Shown one piece after another: positions 1-10,216 of a stretch of DNA of 64,000 nt; position 1 is the stretch's first letter; every line of letters starts with the position of its first letter. The notes beneath the pieces were generated by a model. It was not told the origin of the DNA. It saw only the letters and a program-made list of their open reading frames with translations, and searched no databases. The DNA comes from an uncultured Collinsella sp. (GTDB lineage: Bacteria > Actinomycetota > Coriobacteriia > Coriobacteriales > Coriobacteriaceae): NCBI GenBank assembly GCA_900541805.1, contig UQLH01000010.1, positions 185 through 64,184 of the forward strand, in the 5' to 3' direction. The position numbers were made by a program, and so were the translations under genes.

Positions 1-38
1 CTGATTGTTTTTGTTGAAGCTCTGCCTTTGGCTTAAAG

Positions 39-72
39 AAAAACGAGGGACGCATCTGCATCCCCCGTTTTT
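39..72. terminator. Intrinsic (probably bidirectional) terminator downstream of the phosphoesterase gene
   Basis: Imperfect hairpin AAAAACGAGGGA...TCCCCCGTTTTT with A/T tails on both sides, just past the stop at 80. Confidence 0.6.
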
Positions 73-79
73 GTTGTGA

Positions 80-547
80 TTACTCTAGGTCAATAAACTT
101 AGTGCTTAGGATCTTGCCGTCTTTTACTAGCATTCTGGCCATGGTGGGGCCTCGGGTGCCTCTGGGGTAGCTGGCGCTGCCCGGGTTGAGGACTAAGCAG
201 CGGCCCACTTGGGCTTCTTTGGTTACGTGGGTGTGGCCGTTGATGGCTACGTCTACGGATCCCACCGGAAGGTCTTCGCGGTAGTGGGCTACGGCGAATT
301 TAAGGCCTTCGTAGGTAAAGAGCGCAAGACGGTCTACATCGGGGCCGTAGTCGCGGTAGTAATCGTTGTTACCCAGTACGGCCCGCACGGGGGCGATGGT
401 GCATAGGTGCTCGTAGTCCATCTCTGACGTGAGGTCGCCAGCGTGGATGATCAGATCTGCGCCCTCAAGCTCATCCAAGAGCGCAGGCGATAAATAGCCG
501 TGGGTGTCCGAGATGATGTCGATACGCTTGGCGCTTGCACTGTTCAT
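80..547 (-). CDS. Metallophosphoesterase, YfcE/MJ0936 family
   Basis: Motifs SDTHG, HAGD, GNND, GHTH and NPGS. Confidence 0.9.
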   Translation of the reverse strand: MNSASAKRIDIISDTHGYLSPALLDELEGADLIIHAGDLTSEMDYEHLCTIAPVRAVLGNNDYYRDYGPDVDRLALFTYEGLKFAVAHYREDLPVGSVDVAINGHTHVTKEAQVGRCLVLNPGSASYPRGTRGPTMARMLVKDGKILSTKFIDLE

Positions 548-586
548 GGGATCCCTTCCGCAAAAAACGATTCGGCAGATACATAC

Positions 587-637
587 AAAAAAGGCCCCAC
601 GGCTCCGCAGACGATGGGTCTACAGGGCTGCGGGGCC
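587..637 (-). terminator. Intrinsic terminator after the first LytTR regulator
   Basis: GGCCCC...GGGGCC stem followed by a T-run on the minus strand. Confidence 0.55.
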
Positions 638-643
638 AGTGTG

Positions 644-1360
644 CTAGAGACTCAGGGCCTTCTTGAGCGGCACGACGCGGCGGCGCGAAACCGGCACGCG
701 TTCGTCGACGCCCGTAATGCCCAGCTGGATGGCGCCCGAGGGCACCGTCTCGACGTCCGTGACGCACGCCAAGTTGACGATATAGCGGCGGTGAACACGG
801 AAGAAGCCAAAGTCGCAGAGCTTGGCCTCAAACTGCGCCAGCGAGGTCGTCGACAAAAAGCGATCATCGACGGTATAGATGCAGGAGTAATCGTCCTTGG
901 CCATGATAAAGCGAATGTCGTCCACGGGAATGAGCACCTTGCGGCCGCCCTTTTCCACCGGGATACGCTCGATGGTCACCTTGCTGTCCGTAACCGGCTT
1001 GGCGCGCTGCATGACCTTCTCGATCGCACGATCCAAGCGAGCTTCCTCGACCGGCTTCATCAGATAATCGACGGCATCCACGTCGAATGCCTCGACCGCA
1101 TGGTCGCTATACGCAGTCACAAACACGATCGCCGGCGGATTTTTGAGCTTATGCAGCGCCTCGGCAAGTTGCAGGCCCGAGGCACCGGGCATCGAGATAT
1201 CGAGAAACACGACATCCACGCGACTTTCCATAAGCATCTCGATGGCGGAGCGGACGCTCGACGCCTCCGTGATCGTGCCGATCTTGCCCGTTTGCTCGAG
1301 CAGGAAGCGAAGCTCCGAGCGAGCCGGCGCCTCATCATCCACAATCATCGCACGCAGCAT
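644..1360 (-). CDS. LytTR-family response regulator
   Basis: Receiver motifs IVDDE, FLDISMP, VFVTAY and DYLMKP; LytTR motifs FFRVHRRYIVN and VPVSRR; start taken at MLRAM. Confidence 0.93.
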   Translation of the reverse strand: MLRAMIVDDEAPARSELRFLLEQTGKIGTITEASSVRSAIEMLMESRVDVVFLDISMPGASGLQLAEALHKLKNPPAIVFVTAYSDHAVEAFDVDAVDYLMKPVEEARLDRAIEKVMQRAKPVTDSKVTIERIPVEKGGRKVLIPVDDIRFIMAKDDYSCIYTVDDRFLSTTSLAQFEAKLCDFGFFRVHRRYIVNLACVTDVETVPSGAIQLGITGVDERVPVSRRRVVPLKKALSL

Positions 1361-1432
1361 AGGGATAAAACCTTTCGTCAACTAACTACGCCGGGCATCC
1401 GTCGCATGACGTTGAGCCCGTAGCCTTTTATT

Positions 1433-2776
1433 TTACTCTTGAATGTCGAAGATGCTCTCTGACAAATCAAGATGAAGGAGCACTTTGGTGCCCTTGCCCG
1501 GCGCCGATTCGACACGCGTATAGGAGTGCGGCCCATAAAAGCGATGGATGCGCTCCGAAATATTGTGCATGGCCACACCGGCGCCGCCACCCTGGGGAGA
1601 GCTGGCGTCGGGACGGGCAGAGCGCTCGTCAAACAGTCTGGCGGCGGTACCCTCATCCATGCCCACGCCATTATCGGCCACGGCAATCAAGATTGCATCC
1701 TCGCCGTCTTGGTGAACGGTCACGTCGATCCTCAGGGCGTCGTCATCGCCCATACCATGACGCACGGCGTTCTCGACAATCGGCTGGATCACGAACGCCG
1801 GCACCAGCGTATCTTCCACGTCCTCGGACACATCGAACGTCGCAAGCACGCGGTCCTCGCCAAAGCGGGCCTTCTCAAAGGTAAGGTAGCGCTTGGTCTG
1901 TGCAACCTCACGCGAGACCGGAATAAGCGATCCCGAGTTGTCGAGCGTGGCACGATAGAACGATGAGAACTCACGAAGCAGCTCGCGGGCCCGCAGCGGG
2001 TCGGTACGCGTAAACGATGCAATGGTGTTCAGCGTGTTGAACAGGAAGTGCGGGTTAATCTGCGCTTGCAGCGCACGCACCTCGGCGCGCGCCGTGAGTT
2101 CCTTTTGCACCTCGAGCTCGTGGATGGCGAGCTGCGTGGACAAGATCTCGGCAAAGCCCGAGGCAAGCGCATACTGGGTACGGTCGACGGCGCGCGGGGT
2201 CTTGTAGTAGAACTTGAGCGTGCCGACGGTACGATCGCCCACCTTGATGGGGGCGATAATGCCGGCGGGGACTTGGTTGTGCGAGCCATCCGAGCCCACG
2301 ACATCCACCATACGGTTGAACGACTGCACGATGCCATGTTCGATAACGTAGCGTGTGGCAAGCGTGTGGATGGGAGAATCTGGCAGTAGTTTTTCCTCAA
2401 ACTCGCCCGCGCAGGCCAACACGTTGCCCTCGTCGGTGATGGCCACCGTCATGGCGCGCGTCTCGGGCAAAATGCGCCGGCACACCAAACGCGCCGACTC
2501 CTGCGTCAGACCGCCCTTAATGTCCTCGAGCATGGCCGAGGCCACCGAGAGCGTCTCCTCGGTGTACTGGGAGCGCACCGAATCGGGATTGAGCGTCAAA
2601 AAGATAAAGATGCACAGAAAGATGCACAGCAGCGCGCAGGCAATCACCGTGGCGATCGGCTCGATACCAGTCACCAAGGCAAAAATAAAGTACACCAGCA
2701 CGCAAATGGCGCAGGCAACGGCAATGATGCGAAAGATTGATATTGAACTATCGCGCTGGGCGCGGCGGTCGATCAT
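1433..2776 (-). CDS. LytS/YehU-family sensor histidine kinase
   Basis: Two N-terminal TM helices, GAF-like region, ALQAQINPHFLFNTLN, QPIVENAVRHG and DNGVG. Confidence 0.92.
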   Translation of the reverse strand: MIDRRAQRDSSISIFRIIAVACAICVLVYFIFALVTGIEPIATVIACALLCIFLCIFIFLTLNPDSVRSQYTEETLSVASAMLEDIKGGLTQESARLVCRRILPETRAMTVAITDEGNVLACAGEFEEKLLPDSPIHTLATRYVIEHGIVQSFNRMVDVVGSDGSHNQVPAGIIAPIKVGDRTVGTLKFYYKTPRAVDRTQYALASGFAEILSTQLAIHELEVQKELTARAEVRALQAQINPHFLFNTLNTIASFTRTDPLRARELLREFSSFYRATLDNSGSLIPVSREVAQTKRYLTFEKARFGEDRVLATFDVSEDVEDTLVPAFVIQPIVENAVRHGMGDDDALRIDVTVHQDGEDAILIAVADNGVGMDEGTAARLFDERSARPDASSPQGGGAGVAMHNISERIHRFYGPHSYTRVESAPGKGTKVLLHLDLSESIFDIQE

Positions 2777-3960
2777 TCGGCCCCCTCCAGGATACTGATC
2801 AGTTGTGCGTCACGCCAAAGCCCGTCCATGATCTTGGGCCAAAAGCTCTGGAAACGCAGGTAGCTTGCAGCGTTTTGGCGCGCATAGGCCTTTGCCTCGC
2901 CGATACCATGGCGCCAAATGCGCAGGTAGCCCTCATGCTCGCGGGTAAACACGCTGCGGACCATAGCGGTCTTGCGCACGCGGTCGTCGAGCTCGCGCGA
3001 AATCCACGGGCCCGGGTAGGGCATGAGCGATGCCGCCGTAACGGGAATGAGCTCCTTTTGATGCGCGGCGAATGTCAACTTGGCCCGTTCGTAGTACCAA
3101 CGGTATACATCCTGCATAAAGCGCGGTGAGCGCTTTTCGGACTCCGGAGGCAGATGGCGCACGGTCCACTCGTTATCGAACCACACGTCGTAGCCAAACA
3201 TGCGCATGTTAAAGAGGTAATCCAAGTCCTCGCCGCGGGTGATAAACGGGTCAAAGGCCACACGCGTAAAGGCGCGGGCGTGCAGGGCCATCAGACCGCC
3301 GCACACGTAGTTGGAGCGCGAGATGCGGGTGCCCGAGAGCGCCTTTTTCATCCAACGGTTGAACTCGATGCGCTTGGTCCACCAACGATGGCAGATGCCC
3401 GCCTTGTCCGTAGGAGCCAGCGGCGAGCCGTCGCGATCGTAGAAATAGCCGCTCTTGACCAAGATCGGCAAGCCCTGACGCGTCTGCTGCCCCAACGCAT
3501 AGGTCGCGCGCTTCATAAAGTCGGCGTCGATGACAGTCTCATCGTCATCCAAGAAGATAACCGCGTCATGCCCCAGCACAGCGGCACAGGCTAGCCCCAT
3601 GTTGCGGATGGCACCGTAGCCTCGCAGGCTCACGCACTCGCCCGAACCCTTGGGCGCGATCTGAGCAACCCGGTCTGCGATGCGCGAGGCCTGGGTGTTG
3701 GTGACAACGGTGACCTTGAGCGTGGGATGCGCGTCGACAATCTCGTGCACGCGCAGCGACACATCGGCTGTGGCAGAAACGGGACAGACCACCAAAAGGA
3801 TGATGCGTGGGATGTCACGCACCTGCTCAAGCGAGGCCAGGCAGCGGTCGAGTTCGGGATTGTCGGCGTTGAGTCGCGTCGAATGGTCATAAGTGCCAGG
3901 GGCGTTTGCGCAAGCGTCATCGCCCGCCCAATACGTTGGAATCACGACTGTGGCGTTCAT
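2773..3960 (-). CDS. Glycosyltransferase family 2-like protein
   Basis: VVIPTY, GYGAIRN, IFLDDD (DxD) and RGED motifs; ATGA overlap with the kinase gene. Confidence 0.75.
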   Translation of the reverse strand: MNATVVIPTYWAGDDACANAPGTYDHSTRLNADNPELDRCLASLEQVRDIPRIILLVVCPVSATADVSLRVHEIVDAHPTLKVTVVTNTQASRIADRVAQIAPKGSGECVSLRGYGAIRNMGLACAAVLGHDAVIFLDDDETVIDADFMKRATYALGQQTRQGLPILVKSGYFYDRDGSPLAPTDKAGICHRWWTKRIEFNRWMKKALSGTRISRSNYVCGGLMALHARAFTRVAFDPFITRGEDLDYLFNMRMFGYDVWFDNEWTVRHLPPESEKRSPRFMQDVYRWYYERAKLTFAAHQKELIPVTAASLMPYPGPWISRELDDRVRKTAMVRSVFTREHEGYLRIWRHGIGEAKAYARQNAASYLRFQSFWPKIMDGLWRDAQLISILEGAE

Positions 3961-4131
3961 GCCTTACCCTCCCTGCAACACAAAAACGGGACGCCGCCAA
4001 ACACAGGCGACGCCCCGCGACCTAGCTGATTCCATCATACCCACTTGGGCAAATCATTGCTCGCAAGTCGCAATGTTTATTGCGGATAACCCCAAAAGAG
4101 TACCGTGGACAGGCACAATAGCCGCTCGCTC

Positions 4132-5391
4132 CTATGCGGCATGCCCTGCCGCCCGAGTCATGCGGGACAGGCGGACCAGCAGCATAAAGCCAACGACCAG
4201 CAGCACACCAATGGAAAGGACGCCCAGCGACGGGTTGCCGGTCAGCGAGGTGACGACCGACACCAGGAAGGTGCCCATGACGCTTGCATAACGACCAAAG
4301 ATGTCAAAGAAGCCGTAGTACTCGTTGGATTTTTCCTTAGGGATAATGCGGCCAAAGTAGCTACGGCTGAGCGCCTGCACGCCGCCCTGGAACAGGCCGA
4401 CCATAATGGCAAGCACCCAGAATTCGAAGGCGGTCTTTAGGAAGAACGCGGCAAACAGCACAATACCCATGTAGGCGGCGACGGCCACCAGGATCATGTT
4501 GAGCGTGCCCACGCGTCCGGCGAGCTTGCCGTAGATGATGGCAGACGGAAAAGCAACAAACTGCGTAACGAGCAGCGCCAGCACCAACTGCGTCGAATCG
4601 ATGCCCAAAGCCGAGCCGTAGCTGGTAGCCATGGAAATGACCGTGTGCACACCGTCGATATAGAAGAAGAACGCAATCATGTAGACCAGCACGGTCTTGT
4701 TGTGGGCGATCTCGCGCATGGTGTGTCCGACCTCGGAGAACACACCGCCCACGATGTGGCCGATAGTGTCCTCGGGACCGCGCTCGCGACCGTACTTTTG
4801 CTTATAGGTGCGAATGAGCGGCAGGGTAAAGATGAGCCACCAGGCACCAGTGATGATAAACGACAGACGCGTTGCCAGCATGGTAGGGACGCCAAGAGCG
4901 GGGCCACCCATGATGAGCGCCAGGCAGATGACGAACGGCACGGTGGAACCGATGTAGCCCCAGGCATAGCCCGAGCTGGACACGGCGTCCATGCGCTCGT
5001 CGGTGGTAATGTCGGGCAGCATGGCGTCGTAGAACGTCATAGAAGAGTTAAGGCCGATGGTGCACAGCACGTACACGGTCAAAAATGCCATGGCGGACAT
5101 TGGGATAGCCTGCGCCAAGCAAAGCACCAGGCCCGTGAGGAAGAAGCCCAAGAAGAACTTGATCTTGTTGCCAGCGTAGTCGGCAAGCGCGCCCAGAATG
5201 GGCATGAGCATGGCGATGACCAGCGAGGCGATCGTCTGCGCATTGCCCCAGGCGACCACCAGGTCGGCCGAAGAAGCGCCGGTATTGATGGCGTTAAAGT
5301 AAATGGGCACCACCGAGGTATTGAGCAGCACGAGGGCCGAATTGCCCACATCATACATAACCCAGTTACGCTCGAGCTTGGTGTATTTCAT
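4132..5391 (-). CDS. MFS transporter (UMF1/ATG22-like family)
   Basis: About 12 hydrophobic segments; WVMYDVGNS, PILGALAD, SSSGYAWGYIG and QALSRSYF. Confidence 0.88.
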   Translation of the reverse strand: MKYTKLERNWVMYDVGNSALVLLNTSVVPIYFNAINTGASSADLVVAWGNAQTIASLVIAMLMPILGALADYAGNKIKFFLGFFLTGLVLCLAQAIPMSAMAFLTVYVLCTIGLNSSMTFYDAMLPDITTDERMDAVSSSGYAWGYIGSTVPFVICLALIMGGPALGVPTMLATRLSFIITGAWWLIFTLPLIRTYKQKYGRERGPEDTIGHIVGGVFSEVGHTMREIAHNKTVLVYMIAFFFYIDGVHTVISMATSYGSALGIDSTQLVLALLVTQFVAFPSAIIYGKLAGRVGTLNMILVAVAAYMGIVLFAAFFLKTAFEFWVLAIMVGLFQGGVQALSRSYFGRIIPKEKSNEYYGFFDIFGRYASVMGTFLVSVVTSLTGNPSLGVLSIGVLLVVGFMLLVRLSRMTRAAGHAA

Positions 5392-5492
5392 GGACAGGGA
5401 CCCTTCGTATTCGCCCGATATGCAGTTAGTTCATCGTACCCCAATTGTCCAGAACCGCCGGTAAGGATTCGGCAAAGGGGCACGCACGGGCC

Positions 5493-6437
5493 CTATTCCT
5501 CGCAGTCGAACTCCTCATCGGCTTCGAGCACGCGACCGCTGTAGTTGACGTGACTGGTCACGGCATCCATGTCACCGGTCTCGATAAAACGTGCGACCGT
5601 GCGCTCGTAGTCGACCAGCGCGCGATCAAAGACCTCGGGGAAACTCTCGTTCGAGACCTCGTCGGTAAAGGGATTCTTCCATGTCAGATGGCCCAGGTTA
5701 CCGGTGCGCTCGGGCAGCTCCGTCGTCACGCGATGGGCAAGGCCGTCGAGCAGCGAGTAGTCGTGCACCAAGCCCTCAACCAGCGAGATCGCGCGCGTCT
5801 TTACGGAGCCGGCCGGCTCAATCGCGCGGTAAAGTCGCTGCATATTGGCAACGGCAGCACCGTACTCCCCCGCCGGAATGTCAATGCCGTACACGCGTCC
5901 GGCAACATAGCTCATCAGCACGCCGGCCACGCGATTGATGCGATCGGTGGTGACGATCTCGCCCGCCGGCGGGTAATCGTCGACCGTAGCGCCGGCGCGT
6001 TTAAGCTGCAGCATCAGTACATCCAAGTCGCTCTCGATCACGGCATGGACCTGACTGCTCGAATCCTCAAGCTCTGAGTCGGATTCCACGATGCCAAACT
6101 GCTGCTCATAGACAAAGGGGTGGGCGTTGCGGTCGAGCACGTAATGAGACAGCAGGCCCAGCGCAAAAGCGCGACCCAAGCTGGCGTCGCGCGGCAGCAG
6201 ATGCGACACGCCGTCGCGCAGGCACGCGAACTGGCGAGACATGCGCGACCGATGCATGACCTGCGCCAGCAGCGTGCAGTCGGAAACACGCAGTGTCAGA
6301 ATGTGAAAGAAAAACGGGTCGGGGCCTTGGTTGCCCAAGATAAAGGCAATGCGCTCTTCGTCGGACGTGATGACGCCCTGCGGAAGACGGTCGATGCTTT
6401 CCTCGCCAAACAGATGATGGGTGATAAGCGCGGGCAT
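5493..6437 (-). CDS. Zinc-dependent phospholipase C family protein
   Basis: MPALITHHLFG, GNQGPD, SHYVLDRNAHPFV and HAVIESDLD motifs; alternative start at 6467. Confidence 0.8.
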   Translation of the reverse strand: MPALITHHLFGEESIDRLPQGVITSDEERIAFILGNQGPDPFFFHILTLRVSDCTLLAQVMHRSRMSRQFACLRDGVSHLLPRDASLGRAFALGLLSHYVLDRNAHPFVYEQQFGIVESDSELEDSSSQVHAVIESDLDVLMLQLKRAGATVDDYPPAGEIVTTDRINRVAGVLMSYVAGRVYGIDIPAGEYGAAVANMQRLYRAIEPAGSVKTRAISLVEGLVHDYSLLDGLAHRVTTELPERTGNLGHLTWKNPFTDEVSNESFPEVFDRALVDYERTVARFIETGDMDAVTSHVNYSGRVLEADEEFDCEE

Positions 6438-6529
6438 AATGATCCTTTCGATTTCATTCGATGCCACCCATTATGCCCACCGCGCGCCCATGCCAAACCT
6501 GCGATGGTAAACGACGGCACGCAGACCGT

Positions 6530-7264
6530 CTACGCAAGCCCCAAGTGTGCTTTAACCTCGGCAGCGCGACGGCGGGACACGGGCACCGTCGAGGTTACGC
6601 GATCGAGCCTGAGCTCCATAAGACCCGTGGAACCGATCTCGACATTGTGCACGTCTTCCAAATTGACCAGATAGCTGCGGTGGACACGGATAAAGCCCTC
6701 GGAGGCCAGGCGCCGCTCGAGCGAGGAAATCGACTCATTGATCAGGTATGTTCCCTCGGCGCAGACGGCGTTGCAAAAATCGGCACGCGCCTCAAAGTAG
6801 CAGACGCCTGCGGCGGGAATGAACACCTTTTTGCCCCCGCGGTCCACCGTCAGACGCAAAGGCTGGCGCGGAGCGTGGATAACACGACGGACACCCAAGG
6901 CTGCCTCGATCTTGTCGAGTGCCTTTGACAGGCGTGCGTCCTCGACCGGCTTGACGACATAATCGACGGCATCGAGGTTATAGGCATCGGCCGCATACTC
7001 GGCAAACGCCGTCACAAACACAACCACCGGCGGCGTCTTTAGGTTCTGCAGCGTCTCGGCAAGCTCAATTCCCGAGCGACCGGGCATGGTAATGTCTAAA
7101 AACAGCACGTCGGGCTTGTTCGACAGAATCGACTCCACGGCTTCGGTGACATTGCCCGCCTCGGCAATCTGACCCACACGCGTATCCTTTTCCAACAGAT
7201 AGCGTAGCTCAGCCCTAATGGGAGGCTCGTCATCAACCACCAAGATGTTCCAGCCTTCGGACAT
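6530..7264 (-). CDS. LytTR-family response regulator (second paralog)
   Basis: VVDDE, FLDITMP, FIRVHRSYLVN and VPVSRR. Confidence 0.93.
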   Translation of the reverse strand: MSEGWNILVVDDEPPIRAELRYLLEKDTRVGQIAEAGNVTEAVESILSNKPDVLFLDITMPGRSGIELAETLQNLKTPPVVVFVTAFAEYAADAYNLDAVDYVVKPVEDARLSKALDKIEAALGVRRVIHAPRQPLRLTVDRGGKKVFIPAAGVCYFEARADFCNAVCAEGTYLINESISSLERRLASEGFIRVHRSYLVNLEDVHNVEIGSTGLMELRLDRVTSTVPVSRRRAAEVKAHLGLA

Positions 7265-7302
7265 ATGTGCTTCCCCTCTTTTTCTCTCAATCCAACCGCG
7301 TG

Positions 7303-8694
7303 CTACGCCGTCAACGGCGCCGGCTCATGCGGCTCGCCGTTCAGCTCGACGATGACCTGCGTTCCCACGCCCTCCTGGGACTTCACGCGCATGCCGGAAT
7401 CTTCTCCGTAAAAAAAATGGATGCGCTGAAGTACGTTAAAGAGCGCCAAGCCGCAGCCTCGTTTGATGGAACCGTCGGCGGTAATGCTCTCGGGCTCCTC
7501 CAGGCGATGTTGCTCAAACAGATGCGCGCAGACTTCTTCGCTCATACCGATGCCATCGTCCTCGACGATGATCTCCAAACCGTCATCGGTCTCGAAAGCC
7601 CTAACATGAATAGAAAGCGGCTCGGTCTCGCGCTGCGCGTGCTTGATGCAGTTTTCGAGCAACGGCTGCAAGATAAACGGCGGCACCATGCAATCGCGCA
7701 CCTCAAAGTCGATATCGACCGAGACGCGCAGACGGCCGTCGCCATAACGAGCCTGCATAAGATTGATATAGCGAGTGCCCTGTTCCACCTCGTGCTCGAG
7801 CGTTGTGAGGGTATCGGAATCAGAAAGCGTCTGACGGTAGTAATTGGAAAAGTCGATCAGCAGCGACCTTGCCTTGTCCGGCTCGGTACGTACGAGCGAC
7901 ACGATGGTGCTGATGGTGTTAAACAGAAAATGAGGATCGACCTGCGATTGCAAGGCACGCAGCTCCACGCGGGCCGTAAGCTCGTCCTGGCGCTCAAGCT
8001 CAAAGCTCGCAAGCTGCGTGGAAATGAGGTCGGCAAAGCCCGAGGCAAGCGCCGTCTGGCGCATATCGATGCTGCTCAGACGGGGATAATACAGCTCGAG
8101 CGTGCCCACGCAATGCCCGCGCACAGTAAGCGGTGCGACAATACCGGCGCGCAGGCGCGGAAAGTAGCCACCCGTCTCGGTCGAGGCATCGCGCGAGAAC
8201 ACGCTTTGCTCACCGCTGTTGATCACGTTGAGCGTAGTCCGCAGTACCACCGGGGTGCCCGCGGGGCATTTTGCCGAGTCCTCGCCCCAGCTCGCCAACA
8301 CCTGCTTGCCGTCGGTAAAGCAGATGGCAGAGGCGATAGTTTCGGACAGGATGATCTTAGAGGCGCCCAGGGCAGCTTCGGGCGTAAGGCCGCGCGACGT
8401 GTAGGCGAATATTTTTGAAGCGATGGCGAGCGTGCGGTCGGTTGCGCTCGATGTGAGGTCGTCGGGAACGACAAAGACGTACGAGAAGAAGAAGCACAGC
8501 ATGACCAAGCCGGCAATGACGACAACGGCCGGAACGGGATTGGGATTATCGGTTAGATCCCAGATGAGCAGCAGGATAAGCAGCGGAACGACAATACCGA
8601 GCAAGATGGCTTGAACCACATGCTGAGCGGTACGAAAGACCTTGGTAGAGTTGTAGCTCTTGCCCAGAATCAGCCTATTGAGATCCACCGTCAT
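7303..8694 (-). CDS. LytS-family sensor histidine kinase (second paralog)
   Basis: Two TM helices, ALQSQVDPHFLFNTI, QPLLENCIKH and DDGIG; start approximate (ATG 8694 or GTG 8688 after AAGGAG). Confidence 0.9.
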   Translation of the reverse strand: MTVDLNRLILGKSYNSTKVFRTAQHVVQAILLGIVVPLLILLLIWDLTDNPNPVPAVVVIAGLVMLCFFFSYVFVVPDDLTSSATDRTLAIASKIFAYTSRGLTPEAALGASKIILSETIASAICFTDGKQVLASWGEDSAKCPAGTPVVLRTTLNVINSGEQSVFSRDASTETGGYFPRLRAGIVAPLTVRGHCVGTLELYYPRLSSIDMRQTALASGFADLISTQLASFELERQDELTARVELRALQSQVDPHFLFNTISTIVSLVRTEPDKARSLLIDFSNYYRQTLSDSDTLTTLEHEVEQGTRYINLMQARYGDGRLRVSVDIDFEVRDCMVPPFILQPLLENCIKHAQRETEPLSIHVRAFETDDGLEIIVEDDGIGMSEEVCAHLFEQHRLEEPESITADGSIKRGCGLALFNVLQRIHFFYGEDSGMRVKSQEGVGTQVIVELNGEPHEPAPLTA

Positions 8695-8806
8695 CTCCTT
8701 CTTACTGACGCACCCCATAGCAATAAAGAGGGCCGCAAGCGACCCTCTCCATTGCATTATGCAATCAAATACTGTGTTTTACATCAAGCCATCGATGAAC
8801 GGTAGC

Positions 8807-10084
8807 TTAGGCGCTGTACTTGTTTGCCTCGCCGAAGGTGCCGCCCTCGACAATCCAGCCGTCCTTCATGATGACGTCCATGTTGTCGGTGTTGAGCACG
8901 TGGATGTCGGCGGCGACGTCACCGTTGACGACCAGCAGGTCGGCGCACTTGCCGGCCTCGATGGAACCGGTCTCGTCCTCGATGTGGCACATCTTGGCAC
9001 CGTTGAGAGTGGCACAGGTGATGGTCTCGACCGGGGTGAAGCCGATCTTGTCGACGAACTCGTACATCTCCTCGATGGAGCAGGTGCCGTACGGGGTGAC
9101 GAAGGAGAAGGAGTCGGAGCCGATCGTCATGACGACGCCGCGCTTCTTGGCCTCGCGCAGGCAATCGTAGTTGCGCTGCAGCTCCTTCTCGACCAGGGTG
9201 CCCTCGTACTTGTCGTGCAGCTCGGGGACGTAGACGGGCGGATAGGTGGCGTACCAGGTGGGCAGGAAGGCGATCGTCGGGGTGAAGAAGGTGCCCTGCT
9301 CGGCCATGAGGTCCATCGTGCGCTCATCGATATCGAAGCCGTGAATCAGCTGCTCGCAGCCAAAGCGAACGGAATCGTAGGCAGCGGCGTGGTTGTTGTA
9401 GCAGTGGCTCCACACGGGGATGCCGACCATCTTGGCCTCTTCGACCACGGCCTGAATCTCCTCGGAGCAGTAGTGCTGGTCGCGGCCGGAGTCCCAGCGC
9501 CAGATGCCGCCACCGGTAGCCCAGATCTTGATGGCATCGGGGTTCTCGCGCAGGCGACGACGGACGGCCTTGCGCAGATCCCAAGGACCGTCGACCTGAT
9601 CGCCCCAGGGGTGCGATTCCTTGTTGAGCTCCTGGCTGCAGTGGTGGGAGTCGCCGTGGCCGGCAACGCGGCAGAAGCCAAGGCCGGTGGCCAGAACGCG
9701 CGGGCCCTTGAAGACGCCCTTGTCGATGCAGTCACGGATCTGGATACCAAAGCGGCCGATCTCGCAGACGGTGGTGAGGCCGTGGGTGAGGCAGTCGTAG
9801 GCCTGCTTGACGGCGACGGCCTGCTTCTCGAGGAGCGGCTGCATGACCCAATCGGTATCATCGTCGGTCAGGTTGCCCGAGAAGTGCAGGTGGGTGTCGA
9901 TCAGGCCGGGAAGGACGGTCTTGCCGGCGGCGTCGATGACCTCAACGCCCTCGGGAAGGTCCTGCATAGTGCCGGCGTACTCGATCTTGCCGTTGTCGTC
10001 GACGAGAACGAGGGAGTTCTCGATCGGCTCAGCACCGGTACCGTCGATGAGCTTGCCGCCAACGATTGCATACTTAGTGGACAT
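8807..10084 (-). CDS. Metal-dependent amidohydrolase (Xaa-Pro dipeptidase/imidazolonepropionase-like superfamily)
   Basis: PGLIDTHLH, IKIWATGG, SHC, LIHG, GSD and GSIEAGKCADLLVV. Confidence 0.88.
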   Translation of the reverse strand: MSTKYAIVGGKLIDGTGAEPIENSLVLVDDNGKIEYAGTMQDLPEGVEVIDAAGKTVLPGLIDTHLHFSGNLTDDDTDWVMQPLLEKQAVAVKQAYDCLTHGLTTVCEIGRFGIQIRDCIDKGVFKGPRVLATGLGFCRVAGHGDSHHCSQELNKESHPWGDQVDGPWDLRKAVRRRLRENPDAIKIWATGGGIWRWDSGRDQHYCSEEIQAVVEEAKMVGIPVWSHCYNNHAAAYDSVRFGCEQLIHGFDIDERTMDLMAEQGTFFTPTIAFLPTWYATYPPVYVPELHDKYEGTLVEKELQRNYDCLREAKKRGVVMTIGSDSFSFVTPYGTCSIEEMYEFVDKIGFTPVETITCATLNGAKMCHIEDETGSIEAGKCADLLVVNGDVAADIHVLNTDNMDVIMKDGWIVEGGTFGEANKYSA

Positions 10085-10216
10085 GGTTCCTCCTTATGGA
10101 TCCATATATGTGGGTGAGGCCGTGTTGGGTTAAGGCCTCACAAAGCTACCCAAGTGGTGCCGGGTTCGGTGCGCGGAAGAGAGGGCCCCGCGCACCTGGT
10201 CCGCCCCGGTTAGGCG

